Shown: in pieces, positions 63,732 through 64,000 of the stretch
How the letters are laid out: every line of letters starts with the position of its first letter
How positions within the stretch are numbered: the first letter of the stretch is position 1
Assembly: GCF_024502345.1 (NCBI RefSeq)
Contig: NZ_JALDNN010000001.1
DNA: 64,000 nucleotides
Source: Escherichia coli
GTDB taxonomy: Bacteria > Pseudomonadota > Gammaproteobacteria > Enterobacterales > Enterobacteriaceae
Reading direction: 5' to 3' (one strand)
Notes under the pieces: model-generated
Databases searched by the model: none
Told to the model about the DNA's origin: nothing
What the model saw: the letters and a program-made list of their open reading frames with translations, nothing else
Program-made: the position numbers and the translations under genes

Positions 63732-64000
63732 ATGAACGAACAATCCCAGGCCAAATCACCAGAAGCCTTGCGCGCAATGGTCGCCGGGACACTGGCCAAT
63801 TTTCAGCACCCAACCCTGAAGCATAACCTCACCACGCTGAAAGCGTTGCACCATGTCGCCTGGATGGACGACACGTTGCATGTGGAACTGGTTATGCCAT
63901 TCGTCTGGCATAGCGCGTTTGAAGAGTTAAAAGAGCAATGTAGCGCCGAACTGCTGCGTATCACCGGGGCGAAAGCTATCGACTGGAAACTGTCGCACAA
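63732..64000 (+). CDS. apbC: Fe-S cluster carrier ATPase Mrp/ApbC, 5' part (runs off window end)
   Basis: Hand translation from the ATG at 63732 (SD aaggag) gives MNEQSQAKSPEALRAMVAGTLANFQHPTLKHNLTTLKALHHVAWMDDTLHVELVMPF..., recognised as the Mrp N-terminus, divergent from metG. Confidence 0.9.
   Translation, partial: MNEQSQAKSPEALRAMVAGTLANFQHPTLKHNLTTLKALHHVAWMDDTLHVELVMPFVWHSAFEELKEQCSAELLRITGAKAIDWKLSH

Overview
Enterobacterial (E. coli/Shigella-type) chromosomal segment. It is collinear with the E. coli K-12 metG...psuG interval but in reverse orientation. From left to right it contains: psuG(3' end)-psuT, yeiL, rihB-nupX, yeiI-nfo, yeiH, yeiE, lysP, cirA, yeiG, folE-yeiB, galS, mglBAC, preTA, yeiS-sanA, cdd, yohJK, dusC, yohP, IS1, mdtQ, yohF, yohD, yohC, pbpG, dld, bglX, osmF-yehYXW, yohO, mlrA, btsSR, yehS, yehR, yehQ-P-M-L, a tandem zor/orz type I toxin-antitoxin pair, yehK-I-H(molR), metG and the apbC(mrp) 5' end. 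I found no rRNA, tRNA or CRISPR array. Gene calls rest on the ORF track, on N-termini I recognise, and on trimmed lengths that match K-12 protein lengths as I remember them; nothing was searched. Features I do not expect in K-12: a complete 768-bp IS1 with a 9-bp target duplication between yohP and mdtQ; two about 490-bp tandem zorO/orzO-like modules between yehL and yehK; apparently intact molR (yehH) and mdtQ. Apparent lesions: an in-frame TAA at codon 96 of yehM; a yehI that lacks about 400 codons present in its paralog yehH; a +2 frameshift in the small gene yohP. The best candidate for an undescribed system is the seven-gene yeh cassette at 47.3-61.4 kb, which combines a MoxR AAA+ ATPase, a VWA protein, a SWIM protein and two WGR/DUF4132-like giants. 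Its junctions imply translational coupling, its base composition is mosaic, and it shows decay and insertion typical of accessory or conflict loci. Other unexplained structure: a GC-rich multi-hairpin island between dusC and yohP, a hairpin that buries the nfo Shine-Dalgarno, and a conserved leader hairpin upstream of both NupC-family paralogs.
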